Part shown: positions 27,962 to 37,400 of the stretch, piece by piece
How positions within the stretch are numbered: the first letter of the stretch is position 1
Layout: the number at the start of each line of letters is the position of its first letter
NCBI GenBank assembly: GCA_965208125.1
Contig: OZ242320.1
Coordinates: forward strand, 288,001-352,000
DNA from: Candidatus Latescibacterota bacterium
GTDB lineage: Bacteria > Latescibacterota > UBA2968
Reading direction: 5' to 3'
DNA: 64,000 bases
Notes under the pieces: generated by a model
What the model was told of the DNA's origin: nothing
Database searches by the model: none
The model's input: only the letters and a program-made list of their open reading frames with translations
Position numbers and translations under genes: made by a program

Positions 27962-29854
27962 ATGCGCTTGTTGAAAGTGTTAGCGATTATCCTCACGGCA
28001 ATGGTGACGCAGTCCTGCAAAATCACCATGCCGTCGCTAGTGAAATTAATTAGCAGTTACGATGCAAGAGTTGTTGAACCAAGAGAAAACCCTTACCGTT
28101 TCAACGAAAGTGAAGCGATCAAAATGCAAACCGGATTCAAGGATACTTTGGTCATTGGTGACGACCTTGAAACATTTCACGGGGTGGATATGCGAAACAT
28201 AATGACTATAGCAGGAATACCTGAAAAAAACATAGTATTTTTTGAAATGTTCGCAGGTTTTCGACTCGGGCATAACACAGGATTAAACATGTTCGTATCA
28301 GATGAATGGACATGGTTACGTGAAGCAGCCAGAGTAGCGCACCTACCGCTGTTAGGTCCATTTACCGGACATGAAAGTCACTCATTAGTGGCTGGTATCA
28401 CCAATGTACTCTTTGTCACAGCTGCCGGCAATATGAGAACATATTGGCATGGTGACCGTGATTTGTACAATAGCAATCATGTTGGATGGAGCAGTAGTGA
28501 TCCTGAAATGAGACAAGTGAGAAAAGAAGCATACCAAGGTCTGTTGGATGTCCACAGAACCGACAGGGTCATAGCGGCAACCAGTGCAAGAATAACAGAT
28601 TCAGGAGATGTACATCCCAACGAAGGAGTGGTAAAATGCGGAGACATTAAAGAGTCGTGTTACACGATGACACCGCACAGCAACACCTCAAGTGCCTCAG
28701 CCAGGCTCTCTGCCATAGCCTTCTACCTCTCACAGTTCTGGGAGACACCGGAAGAGGTAGTAGACGTGTTAAATGAATGTGTCATAGATGTCGGAGAACC
28801 GGGTGTTGATAGAGAATACGGAAGAGGGGTAGTAAATCTTCTATGTCCTCGGGTGTTGAAAAAGGAAATTGAGGTAGTTGCAGAACATCTGAAAGAGACG
28901 GAAGGCAGGATACTGACACAAGGAGAGAATAGTACCGGTACATGGATAGCAGAGAAGACAGCACTGCAGGTACGATTACCGAAAGCATTACAAAGAACCT
29001 TGCAGGCACAATATACCGGTGAAGTAACTGGTACGGTGGAATTCAAAGAAAATACGGTGACTACAGACTTCACGGCAAAAGCAGATGTTAACGTAACATT
29101 TCTTTTGCCCATTGAAGTAAAAGCGGAAGATTCGGTGCAAATTGAAGGAGAGTACACCGCTGAGACAAACAGACTTAATATACGAAAAAACAACACGGTT
29201 GTAGCGGAGTATACCTACACAGCAACGGAAGACTCTCTGCACATAGTGAAGTCTCTTTCACTCAACGATGTGCTCAGACTGCTGCCGGGAGTTGTCGGAG
29301 ATCTGGCAAAAAAAGATACACGACAGATCCTTGAGAATGACCCGATACAGATCAGAATGAGTTTTGCAAAAGTAACAGTGTCAAGTATTCCGGAGAATCT
29401 CAGAGAGACAGACGTAACAGATAACACAATCACACTGCAGTGGGATGAACCGGAAGAAATCGGAAGCTCACCGATTAGTGCATATAGGATCACCAGATAC
29501 ACTGATGCATCCTGTACTGATATCAGTGAAGTCAAAGAAACAGCGGAACAAAAGATACAATTCACTGATCTCAGAGCAAACACGGAGTATTACTTCAGCG
29601 CAGAAGCGAAAAATAATGTCGGCTGGAGTAAAAAAAGTGATTGCCTGAAAGTAAAAACTGATCCAATTCCTGGTGATTTTGACGGCAACAACATCGTTGA
29701 TCTCGCTGACTTCCTTCTGTTCGCCACGGTATTCGGCACAACAGAAACCGATGCAGCTTTTAACGAACAGATGGATCTTGTGCCGGACGGTATGATCAAC
29801 ATCGCAGACTTCTTAGTCTTTGCCGAAAACTTCGGCAAAACTCGTGATTCGTAA
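27962..29854 (+). CDS. Lipoprotein: compact S8-like domain, FN3 and dockerin/EF-hand (paralog of 22416..24035)
   Basis: Lipobox TQSC; VIGDD, FHG, TAAGN, NTSSASARLSA, DVGEPGVDREYGRG; FN3 (ITLQWDEP, YRI, LRANTEYYFSAEAKN); GDFDGNNIVDLADFLLF. Confidence 0.7.
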   Translation: MRLLKVLAIILTAMVTQSCKITMPSLVKLISSYDARVVEPRENPYRFNESEAIKMQTGFKDTLVIGDDLETFHGVDMRNIMTIAGIPEKNIVFFEMFAGFRLGHNTGLNMFVSDEWTWLREAARVAHLPLLGPFTGHESHSLVAGITNVLFVTAAGNMRTYWHGDRDLYNSNHVGWSSSDPEMRQVRKEAYQGLLDVHRTDRVIAATSARITDSGDVHPNEGVVKCGDIKESCYTMTPHSNTSSASARLSAIAFYLSQFWETPEEVVDVLNECVIDVGEPGVDREYGRGVVNLLCPRVLKKEIEVVAEHLKETEGRILTQGENSTGTWIAEKTALQVRLPKALQRTLQAQYTGEVTGTVEFKENTVTTDFTAKADVNVTFLLPIEVKAEDSVQIEGEYTAETNRLNIRKNNTVVAEYTYTATEDSLHIVKSLSLNDVLRLLPGVVGDLAKKDTRQILENDPIQIRMSFAKVTVSSIPENLRETDVTDNTITLQWDEPEEIGSSPISAYRITRYTDASCTDISEVKETAEQKIQFTDLRANTEYYFSAEAKNNVGWSKKSDCLKVKTDPIPGDFDGNNIVDLADFLLFATVFGTTETDAAFNEQMDLVPDGMINIADFLVFAENFGKTRDS

Positions 29855-29887
29855 AAGAATCATTCCTCCTTTCTTTTTTTAACCCCA

Positions 29888-29916
29888 AACCCCCGCTCAG
29901 TATATGAACGGGGGTT
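29888..29916. terminator. Hairpin homologous to the 24059 terminator
   Basis: AACCCCCGCTCA-GTATA-TGAACGGGGGTT. Confidence 0.65.
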
Positions 29917-30052
29917 ATATTTAAATTTCCTTTAATACAATACTTCGGACAGTCTTTTAAAAAAGGATAAACAAAAAAGTGCCGTTCACGCAGAAGGGCA
30001 TGGAAGGCTTCCAAATAAACTGCGTAATCGGTTGTACTCTGCACTCACCCTA

Positions 30053-30853
30053 TCAATATCCAATCCCACGCAGATACTCACGGTTGGACTTTGCCGCTTC
30101 TGCCGGGGGTTTGGGCGGATACGGGCGGTCGAGCTCTACGGACACCCACCCATCGTAGCCCACTTCTTCCAACTTCTCCAGCGCTGCCCGTGCGTCAAAC
30201 CCCATATTTCCCGCGCCGAGTTCTGCAAATCGCGCTTCCTCATTAAACTGCCCCGTGCGGTGATTCCATGACGCGGGGTCATTGGCATGCACATCCTTCA
30301 AATGCACATGTCCAATCCGATCTCGCAACACATCGCGTTCAAAAACCTGCATCGGATCGCTACCCGCCGCCAGCATGTGCCCCGTATCGTAGAGCAACCA
30401 CAAATCGGGCGCTGCCGTCATCAATCTCTCGGCATCCTCAACCGTCTCGATCAACGTCCGCATATGCGCGTGGTGAAAACCCTTCACATCGTGCGCCTTG
30501 CAATATGCCAGCACATCATCGAGCGAACGAGCCGCATTTTCAACATCTTCATCACTCGGATCATCGCCTCCCCACATCGCGCGACGACACGACGGCACCT
30601 CTGCCGCATCATTGCCCAACGCGATATTGTACCGAACCCGATCAAGCGAACTCGGTCCCCCCACATTGACCAGATGCAAACCATTCTTCCTCGCGAGATT
30701 GGCTTTAGCAACCAGATCATCGCCACTGTCGATCTTCAACCCCTCCACCCCATCCCATCCTGCCTCAGCCACTTCTGCCAGCACCTTCTCGGGATTTTCG
30801 TGCTGCTCGCCCCGAAACTGAATCAAATGACAAGCCAGTCTAAATTTGCCCAT
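30053..30853 (-). CDS. Sugar phosphate isomerase/epimerase (IolE/AP endonuclease 2 TIM barrel)
   Basis: GWDGVE, HHAH, YDTGH, HVHLKD, GYDGWVSVELD. Confidence 0.88.
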   Translation of the reverse strand: MGKFRLACHLIQFRGEQHENPEKVLAEVAEAGWDGVEGLKIDSGDDLVAKANLARKNGLHLVNVGGPSSLDRVRYNIALGNDAAEVPSCRRAMWGGDDPSDEDVENAARSLDDVLAYCKAHDVKGFHHAHMRTLIETVEDAERLMTAAPDLWLLYDTGHMLAAGSDPMQVFERDVLRDRIGHVHLKDVHANDPASWNHRTGQFNEEARFAELGAGNMGFDARAALEKLEEVGYDGWVSVELDRPYPPKPPAEAAKSNREYLRGIGY

Positions 30854-30874
30854 ATCTAAGAGTCCTTTCTGTAA

Positions 30875-30902
30875 GCGGGCGACCACAAGGGTCGCCCCTA
30901 CA
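30875..30902 (-). repeat. GTAG-type REP
   Basis: Reverse complement TGTAGGGGCGACCCTTGTGGTCGCCCGC. Confidence 0.8.
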
Positions 30903-30912
30903 ATTAAATACT

Positions 30913-31551
30913 TCACACTTCATCCACCGTCCGATGCGCGAAAGCATTCCACACACCAGCCAAATCGTGAACGGCCTTAAACATCGGATAAAGCGCGTCC
31001 CACATCGCATCTCGCGCTTTGAATGCGGCTTCCCTATCTCCCTCTGCGAATGCCTTCTTAAAAGCCTCAACCTGCTCGCGCTGCGTCTCTGCTGTCTGTT
31101 CCACACGCGCGACAAAATCCTCCACAGACTGCAAATGTTCATCGGCTCTCGCATCTGCATCAGCGCTCAAATCCGGCGTCTGATCATAAGAAGAAGTGTT
31201 CGCAAACCGCGGCGGCTCCTTCTCCCCCTCTGCCGTCCAATACGTATGCGTCGGCAAAATATGTGGCGTCACCGACAAATACATAATCACCTCGTCATCG
31301 CCCACATTGCGCACCGTATGCGCCTCATCTGTCAGTGCAATACACATCTGACCGGGGCCCAACACCTCCTTGTGTCCTTCGATATCAAACTCTGCCTGCC
31401 CTTGCAAAATCAGAAAAATCTCGTGCCCCAAATCGTGTGTATGGCTCTGATTGAACTGCCCCACCTCCATCTTCAAAAACCGCGAACGAATCTGGGGTGT
31501 CACCAGCATATTGGTAATATCTTTGCGATAGTCAAAAACTTGAAATGGCAT
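30913..31551 (-). CDS. Cupin domain protein with helical C-terminal extension
   Basis: HTHDLGHEIFLILQG...LGPG...EAHTVRN. Confidence 0.85.
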   Translation of the reverse strand: MPFQVFDYRKDITNMLVTPQIRSRFLKMEVGQFNQSHTHDLGHEIFLILQGQAEFDIEGHKEVLGPGQMCIALTDEAHTVRNVGDDEVIMYLSVTPHILPTHTYWTAEGEKEPPRFANTSSYDQTPDLSADADARADEHLQSVEDFVARVEQTAETQREQVEAFKKAFAEGDREAAFKARDAMWDALYPMFKAVHDLAGVWNAFAHRTVDEV

Positions 31552-31634
31552 AACGCCCTCCTCATTAGATCGCGGATTAAAAAAACCAAATGATTCTTGC
31601 TTCAACATCCCAAACACAGCATATTACGCGATGC

Positions 31635-31663
31635 GCGGGCGACCACAGGGGGTCGCCCCTACA
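31635..31663 (-). repeat. GTAG-type REP
   Basis: Reverse complement TGTAGGGGCGACCCCCTGTGGTCGCCCGC. Confidence 0.8.
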
Positions 31664-31686
31664 ATCTCACCAACTGAAAGAAATGC

Positions 31687-33633
31687 ATGAGCCTGCCCAA
31701 TCCCGCGCCACAGCCTGACCCCGCGTCACACATCACCACCCGCGCCATCATCGTTGGCCTGATCCTCACCCTTGTCATCTGCTATTTTGCCACAGACACC
31801 ACCTATCGCCTTCGCGCATCCCGCGTATCTCTCGGCCACATGCCCATGTCATTGTGGCTGCCATTTCTCCTCATCTTCTTGATCAATCCCCTGCTCAAAA
31901 AAATCCGGGAAAATTGGATGCTTCGTCCGCATGAATTGGGCCTCATCCTCTGTATGGGATTTATAGGCAGCGTTTTTCCCACCAAAAACGTCGCCGGGCG
32001 CCTGATCGCCGTACTCGCCAGCCCCTATTACAAAGCCACGCCGGAAAACCGATGGGCGGAATTTACCCACGAACACATCCAACCCTGGGCTGTACCCAGC
32101 AATCGCGCGGGAGACATCACCAATTTGTGGGAAGGATTGCCAGCGCATCTCTCCACGCCCTATCACGTCTGGGCCGTGCCGCTCTTCTGGTGGTTCACAT
32201 TTTTCTTCGCGCTATTCATCGCCTGTTTGTGCATCACCGTCATCTTGCGCAAACAATGGGTCGAACACGAACGCATCACCTTTCCCCTCGCGCAATTGCC
32301 CATCCTGATGATCCGCGATACAGCATCGGGACAAATCGGATTTTTAAAAAACAAATTATTCTGGACGGGATTTGGCATCGGCGCATTCATCTTATCCTGG
32401 AATATCCTGCCCCTCTTCTGGCACAATCTCCCAATCATACCCATTGGTCCCACCTACCGCACCGCCATCTCATTTGGGCACGACTTTCCCCCGCTACAAA
32501 TCAAATTCAACTTTGTCATGGCGGCCTTTGGATATCTCACCAACCTCGAAGTCCTGCTCTCCATCTGGCTATTCCACATCCTCTCGCTCATCGAAATCGG
32601 CGCATTAAACCGCTTTGGCATCACAGTGGGCAGAGACTTTGGCAGTGGCCTATTGCTACAGCAAGTCGGCGGCTTCATCGCATTTGCCCTGTTTGGCCTC
32701 TTCATGGCGCGGCAGCACATTGGAACCGTCATCCGCGCACTCTGGCAACCCGATGCCCAGGACAAAACCGAACTCCTGTCTTACCGCACCGCAGTAATCG
32801 GCCTGATCACCTCGCTCATTTATGCCAGTGCATGGATGTACGCGCTGGGCATTTCCCTATTGGGCATAGCAGTACAACTCGGCCTGCTCTTGATCTACTT
32901 CATTGGCCTGGCCAAAATCGTCGCAGAAACCGGCCTGGTATATGTCGAAACCCCACTGCGAACCCAGGAACTAGCCGCTGCCGCGCTCGGCACAAACGTA
33001 CAAACCCCCGACCACGTCGGCATGGCCTTAGCAGCCAACAGCGTGGAAAGCCACCGCGAATACATCCTCCCATCGCTCACTCACACCGCCAAAATCCACG
33101 ACGTATTTCGCTGGCCGCGCAATCGCATGGTCGCGGCCCTAATGCTCGCCTTTATCATCGGCTTTGCCGTCTCAATTATCTATACCCTCAACCTCTGTTA
33201 CGGCGCGACCGGCGCCGCCAACATCCGCCACGTCTTTGTATTCGGCGGATACAGCCAGCGCATGTTTGACCGCGTCGTCTCCTGGGCATCGGAACCGACC
33301 TCTTTTGGCCGCGTTGAATGGCAATTCCTGACTGCTGGCGCACTCGGCACCCTGTTTTTGAGCCTCATGCGCCTGCGCTTTGCGTGGTGGCCCCTCCATC
33401 CCGTGGGATTTACAGTGGGATATGTCTATCCCGTCAGAGTCACCGCCTTCACCGTCTTTCTCATATGGGCATTCAAATCCATTGTATTGCGCATCGGCGG
33501 CATTCGGCTCTACCGCAATCTACAACCCTTCTTCATCGGCCTCTTAATCGGCTACACCCTCGGTGTCGGCCTTTCCACATTCGTAGATCACATCTACTTC
33601 CCCGGCAACGGCCACATGGTACATTCGTGGTAA
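31687..33633 (+). CDS. DUF6785/DUF6784-type multi-TM putative transporter
   Basis: ITTRAIIVG, LRKQWVEHERITFPL, WWPLHPVGF, PFFIGLLIG; many TM segments. Confidence 0.75.
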   Translation: MSLPNPAPQPDPASHITTRAIIVGLILTLVICYFATDTTYRLRASRVSLGHMPMSLWLPFLLIFLINPLLKKIRENWMLRPHELGLILCMGFIGSVFPTKNVAGRLIAVLASPYYKATPENRWAEFTHEHIQPWAVPSNRAGDITNLWEGLPAHLSTPYHVWAVPLFWWFTFFFALFIACLCITVILRKQWVEHERITFPLAQLPILMIRDTASGQIGFLKNKLFWTGFGIGAFILSWNILPLFWHNLPIIPIGPTYRTAISFGHDFPPLQIKFNFVMAAFGYLTNLEVLLSIWLFHILSLIEIGALNRFGITVGRDFGSGLLLQQVGGFIAFALFGLFMARQHIGTVIRALWQPDAQDKTELLSYRTAVIGLITSLIYASAWMYALGISLLGIAVQLGLLLIYFIGLAKIVAETGLVYVETPLRTQELAAAALGTNVQTPDHVGMALAANSVESHREYILPSLTHTAKIHDVFRWPRNRMVAALMLAFIIGFAVSIIYTLNLCYGATGAANIRHVFVFGGYSQRMFDRVVSWASEPTSFGRVEWQFLTAGALGTLFLSLMRLRFAWWPLHPVGFTVGYVYPVRVTAFTVFLIWAFKSIVLRIGGIRLYRNLQPFFIGLLIGYTLGVGLSTFVDHIYFPGNGHMVHSW

Positions 33634-33636
33634 GTT

Positions 33637-33671
33637 AAAAGGGTCGCCATCGCGCGATGACAACCCCTTTC
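33637..33671. terminator. Bidirectional terminator
   Basis: AAAAGGGTCGCCATCG-CG-CGATGACAACCCCTTTT between convergent genes. Confidence 0.75.
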
Positions 33672-33674
33672 AAT

Positions 33675-35183
33675 TCAAGACGGTTCTCGCAGAGCCTGTT
33701 CCCGGACAGTATTTACATACGGATGCCCCGTCTCCTCCAACCAGCTCAAAATGCGGTCTCGCATCAATGCGGCCTGCGCGCGATCTCGATACGCCAGATT
33801 GTGTTCCTCATGGGGATCAGCCGCCAGATTGTAAAGCTCGTCCAAATCGCGCACGTCACCGCTCAGAGGCTTCCAATTCAGCACAAACTTCCACGATCCC
33901 TGCCTGATCATCACACCGCGATTCATCAAATCCGTAAAAATCTCTTCCCGCGCAACATCGCGCTCGCCCCGCAAAATACCGCCTATACTCTCACCATCCA
34001 CCCCCTCGGGAATATCCACACCCGCCAGATCCAGCAGCGTGGGCATCACATCCACACTGCTATTCAAAGAAGTATTCACAGACCCCGCCTCAATTCGCTC
34101 GGGCCACCGCACCAAACACGGCACCTTCATCAACGTATCATACCCACAATACGTCAACTTATACACCATGCCAAACTGCCCCACCATATCGCCGTGATCC
34201 GACACAAACATCACAATCGTATTCTCCGCCTGCCCATTGGCATCCAGCGCATTGAGCACCCGCTCAACTTGTGCGTCGATATAACTCACATACCCCCAAT
34301 AACGCCGAACATAATCTCGCACTTCATCTCTCGACCAGACATCGCGCACATAAGTACGGGCATTATCCCATTGAAAACGCGGCTTATCCTCCAATGGCGC
34401 ATCGTAATTATCGGGCAGGGCTACATCGTCCAAATCGTACATAGAATCCCAGGGTTCAGGCGGGCAAACGGGCAAATGCGGTCCGTAAAAAGACAGCACC
34501 GCACAAAATGGATTATCCCGATTGGCATTGAGAAACGACACCATCTCATCGGCAAAAAAGTGCGCCATGTGGTGATTCTCCCCCAACAAACTCACACTGT
34601 GCTCCCGGTCCGGGGCACTCGGCGCTGCCTGATGATTGCCCACGCGAGGCGCATTTTTAACCTCATCGGGCAAATCAGTCGTCTGCAAATACGCTTTGAA
34701 ATGCCTCCAGCCTCCAATCCAGTGATCAAATCCACTGCGAGATTCATCCTCGCCCGTACCGCCCTCCACCTGTACAAACTCAAAATCGCGCGCACTATCT
34801 ACCCGTTTTTGCACCCAGCAATCGTCAAACGGACCGCGTCCTGAAAGCCCGCGATACATATTTCCCCCCAAATGCCACTTGCCAACCCACGCGGTTTGAT
34901 AGCCCGCATCGCGAAATGTATTGCCAATTGACGGCAACCCGTCATCCAGTTCCACATTATTGGTCACCACCCCGTGGTTGTGCGTATAGCGCCCGGTCAA
35001 ATACGTCGCCCGAGACGGCGTACACGGAAACGCCGCAATATAAAAATTGTCAAACCGCATGCCCTCGCGTGCCAGGCGGTCTTGTGCGGGTGTTTGAACA
35101 ACCGAATTGCCATAACAACCGATAGTCGATACCGGTTGCTGATCCGTCATAATCAAAAGCACATTTGGACGATCACCGGACAT
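33675..35183 (-). CDS. Sulfatase
   Basis: RPNVLLIMTDQ, CTPSR, GKWHLG, SDHGDM. Confidence 0.9.
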   Translation of the reverse strand: MSGDRPNVLLIMTDQQPVSTIGCYGNSVVQTPAQDRLAREGMRFDNFYIAAFPCTPSRATYLTGRYTHNHGVVTNNVELDDGLPSIGNTFRDAGYQTAWVGKWHLGGNMYRGLSGRGPFDDCWVQKRVDSARDFEFVQVEGGTGEDESRSGFDHWIGGWRHFKAYLQTTDLPDEVKNAPRVGNHQAAPSAPDREHSVSLLGENHHMAHFFADEMVSFLNANRDNPFCAVLSFYGPHLPVCPPEPWDSMYDLDDVALPDNYDAPLEDKPRFQWDNARTYVRDVWSRDEVRDYVRRYWGYVSYIDAQVERVLNALDANGQAENTIVMFVSDHGDMVGQFGMVYKLTYCGYDTLMKVPCLVRWPERIEAGSVNTSLNSSVDVMPTLLDLAGVDIPEGVDGESIGGILRGERDVAREEIFTDLMNRGVMIRQGSWKFVLNWKPLSGDVRDLDELYNLAADPHEEHNLAYRDRAQAALMRDRILSWLEETGHPYVNTVREQALREPS

Positions 35184-35200
35184 TGTATAATCCCCTCCTC

Positions 35201-36271
35201 CTACCCCAAAAACTTCAGGCAAACGGGCATAGGCACTTCCGCGACATGCCCTGTCTCTGTCAATTTCCCGGTCTCGCGGTCGATGGCAAAAGAAACAATC
35301 GTATCGCTGCTTTGATTCTCCGCCAGCAAGAAATTGCCATCGGGCGAAAGCGCGATATTGCGCGGCGTTTCTCCACCAGTGGAGTGAATATCGACCGGCG
35401 TCAAATGACCGCTGGACTCATCAACAGCAAAAATAGCGACACTATCGTGCCCGCGATTTGACCCATACACAAACTTGCCATCGGATGAAACGTGAACATC
35501 CGCCGTATGGCTCGTATCTGAAAAATCGCCTGGCAACGTGGCGATGGATTGCAACTCGGTCAACGCGCCCGTCTCTGCATCATAGGCGTAAGCATTGACA
35601 GTATTACCGATTTCATTGATCAGATAAGCGTATTGTCCCCCCGGGTGAAAAGCAAAATGGCGCGGTCCCTCACCCGGCGCAACAGATACCGATGGCGGAT
35701 CATTAGCAAGGAGTTTGCCGTTCTCGAGATCGAGCTCAAAAATCAACACCTTGTCCAAACCGAGATCGGCAACATAAACCCGTTTGTTATCCGGCGAAAT
35801 ATTCGCAGAATGGGCGTGGGGACCCTGCTGCCGTTGCGGATTGACACTACTGCCCTCGTGCTGAATAAAATCCGACGCTTCGCCCAACGCACCATCTTCC
35901 CCAATAGGCAAAATACAGGTGCTACCCCCACCGTAATTTGCCACCACAGCATAGCGACCCGTCGCATCGATATTCAAATGACAGGGACCAGTGCCTACTG
36001 TCGATTGACGGTTGATAAACGCGAGATCTGCGGCTTCTGCATCAATAGCATAAGTGCTAATCGCCCCCGCGCTCTCGCCATTGTATTCACTGATCTCATT
36101 GACCGCATAGAGAAACCGCCCATTGGGATGAATGGCGAGAAATGTCGGATTCTCACTCTCGATGCTATTCGCCGGGACGAGTTCACCGGTCTCGGTATTG
36201 AATCGGTGAACGTAAATACCCTTGCTCCCAGTGCGGGTATAGGTACCGATAAAAGCGATGATATTGCTCAT
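35201..36271 (-). CDS. pgl: 6-phosphogluconolactonase (lactonase beta-propeller)
   Basis: FIGTYT, NPTFLA, GPCHL, ANYGGG, PHAHS, DLGLD, GPRHFAFHP, SNRGHDS. Confidence 0.88.
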   Translation of the reverse strand: MSNIIAFIGTYTRTGSKGIYVHRFNTETGELVPANSIESENPTFLAIHPNGRFLYAVNEISEYNGESAGAISTYAIDAEAADLAFINRQSTVGTGPCHLNIDATGRYAVVANYGGGSTCILPIGEDGALGEASDFIQHEGSSVNPQRQQGPHAHSANISPDNKRVYVADLGLDKVLIFELDLENGKLLANDPPSVSVAPGEGPRHFAFHPGGQYAYLINEIGNTVNAYAYDAETGALTELQSIATLPGDFSDTSHTADVHVSSDGKFVYGSNRGHDSVAIFAVDESSGHLTPVDIHSTGGETPRNIALSPDGNFLLAENQSSDTIVSFAIDRETGKLTETGHVAEVPMPVCLKFLG

Positions 36272-36283
36272 AGAAAATCTCCT

Positions 36284-37378
36284 TTAGTGACTCAAAATAT
36301 CGACGACCATATCGCCAAAATCACTGGTCGAAAGAACATTCTTCGGATCGGTTATTTCTGAGGCGAGTTCAGAAGTGGCATATCCTCTCTCGAGAATATC
36401 GAACATAGCGTTCCACAAAGCATCGGACTCCTCTTTGAGACCCAGACATTTATCCAGCAAAAATGCAATACTGCCAATCATCGAATAGGGATTGGCGATA
36501 TTTTGACCCGCGATATCGGGTGCCGAACCGTGCGCCGGTTCCACATAGCCCTTTTCTGGCCCCATACACGCCGAAGGCATCAAACCGAGAGAACCGAGCA
36601 AACCACCCGCCTGATCGGTCAAAATATCGCCCTGCATATTTTCCAAAAGCATAACCCCATTGAATTGCGTGGGATCTCTGACGAGTTGAAAAGCTGCGTT
36701 ATCGACGATAATCGACACGTATTCGACATCGTCGTATTCTTTTGCCATATCTTCGATAATCGCATCCCAAAGCCGGGATGTCGCCAGCACATTCGATTTG
36801 TGAACATGGGTCATCCTGGTGCCGAGACGTCGGGCTTCGTCAAACGCAACCGTTCCAATAGCGCGCACCTGCTCTTCGGTATAAACACAATCGTCACGCG
36901 CGTATTTCATACCCGTAGCAGTACCTTCTTCTTTCTCCCCAAAATAAATACCACCCACCAGTTCCCGAATCATGAGAATATCAATACCCTCTCCAACGAC
37001 GCTATCGCGCAGGGGAGAAAATGACGCGAGGGACTTCGGCAGCCTGACCGGACGATAATTGGCATACGTATTGAAACGCTTTCGCAAAGGCAGAATAGCA
37101 CCGAGTTCCGGACGCAACTCCTGGGGAATTTTCTTCGTCTCTTCAATGGAAAGCCCCACTGGACCTTTGATAATCGCGTCTGCCCGATCACACAGGGCTT
37201 TTGTCTCATCGGGAAACGGACTGCCCTCGTCAAAATACGACGCCGCACCAAAAGGCGCGTATTCCAGCACAAACTCGTGATCGAACTTCTTTTCAATCGT
37301 GCGAAGAGCTTTAATCCCTTCGCGCATAATCTCTGGCCCAATGCCATCGCCTTCAAGCACGGCGAGGGTTTTTTTCAT
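36284..37378 (-). CDS. leuB: 3-isopropylmalate dehydrogenase
   Basis: GDGIGPEI, RPE...LRK, NYRPV, RELVGGIYFG, KSNVL, EPAHGSAPDIAG. Confidence 0.85.
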   Translation of the reverse strand: MKKTLAVLEGDGIGPEIMREGIKALRTIEKKFDHEFVLEYAPFGAASYFDEGSPFPDETKALCDRADAIIKGPVGLSIEETKKIPQELRPELGAILPLRKRFNTYANYRPVRLPKSLASFSPLRDSVVGEGIDILMIRELVGGIYFGEKEEGTATGMKYARDDCVYTEEQVRAIGTVAFDEARRLGTRMTHVHKSNVLATSRLWDAIIEDMAKEYDDVEYVSIIVDNAAFQLVRDPTQFNGVMLLENMQGDILTDQAGGLLGSLGLMPSACMGPEKGYVEPAHGSAPDIAGQNIANPYSMIGSIAFLLDKCLGLKEESDALWNAMFDILERGYATSELASEITDPKNVLSTSDFGDMVVDILSH

Positions 37379-37400
37379 AATAAACCTTTCTGTTTAATAA

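Noticed and set aside
22416-29854. Diversity-generating retroelement or integron explaining the paralog pair
   Set aside because: No reverse transcriptase, no adenine-specific TR/VR pair, no attC sites or intact IntI; differences are spread across synonymous sites.
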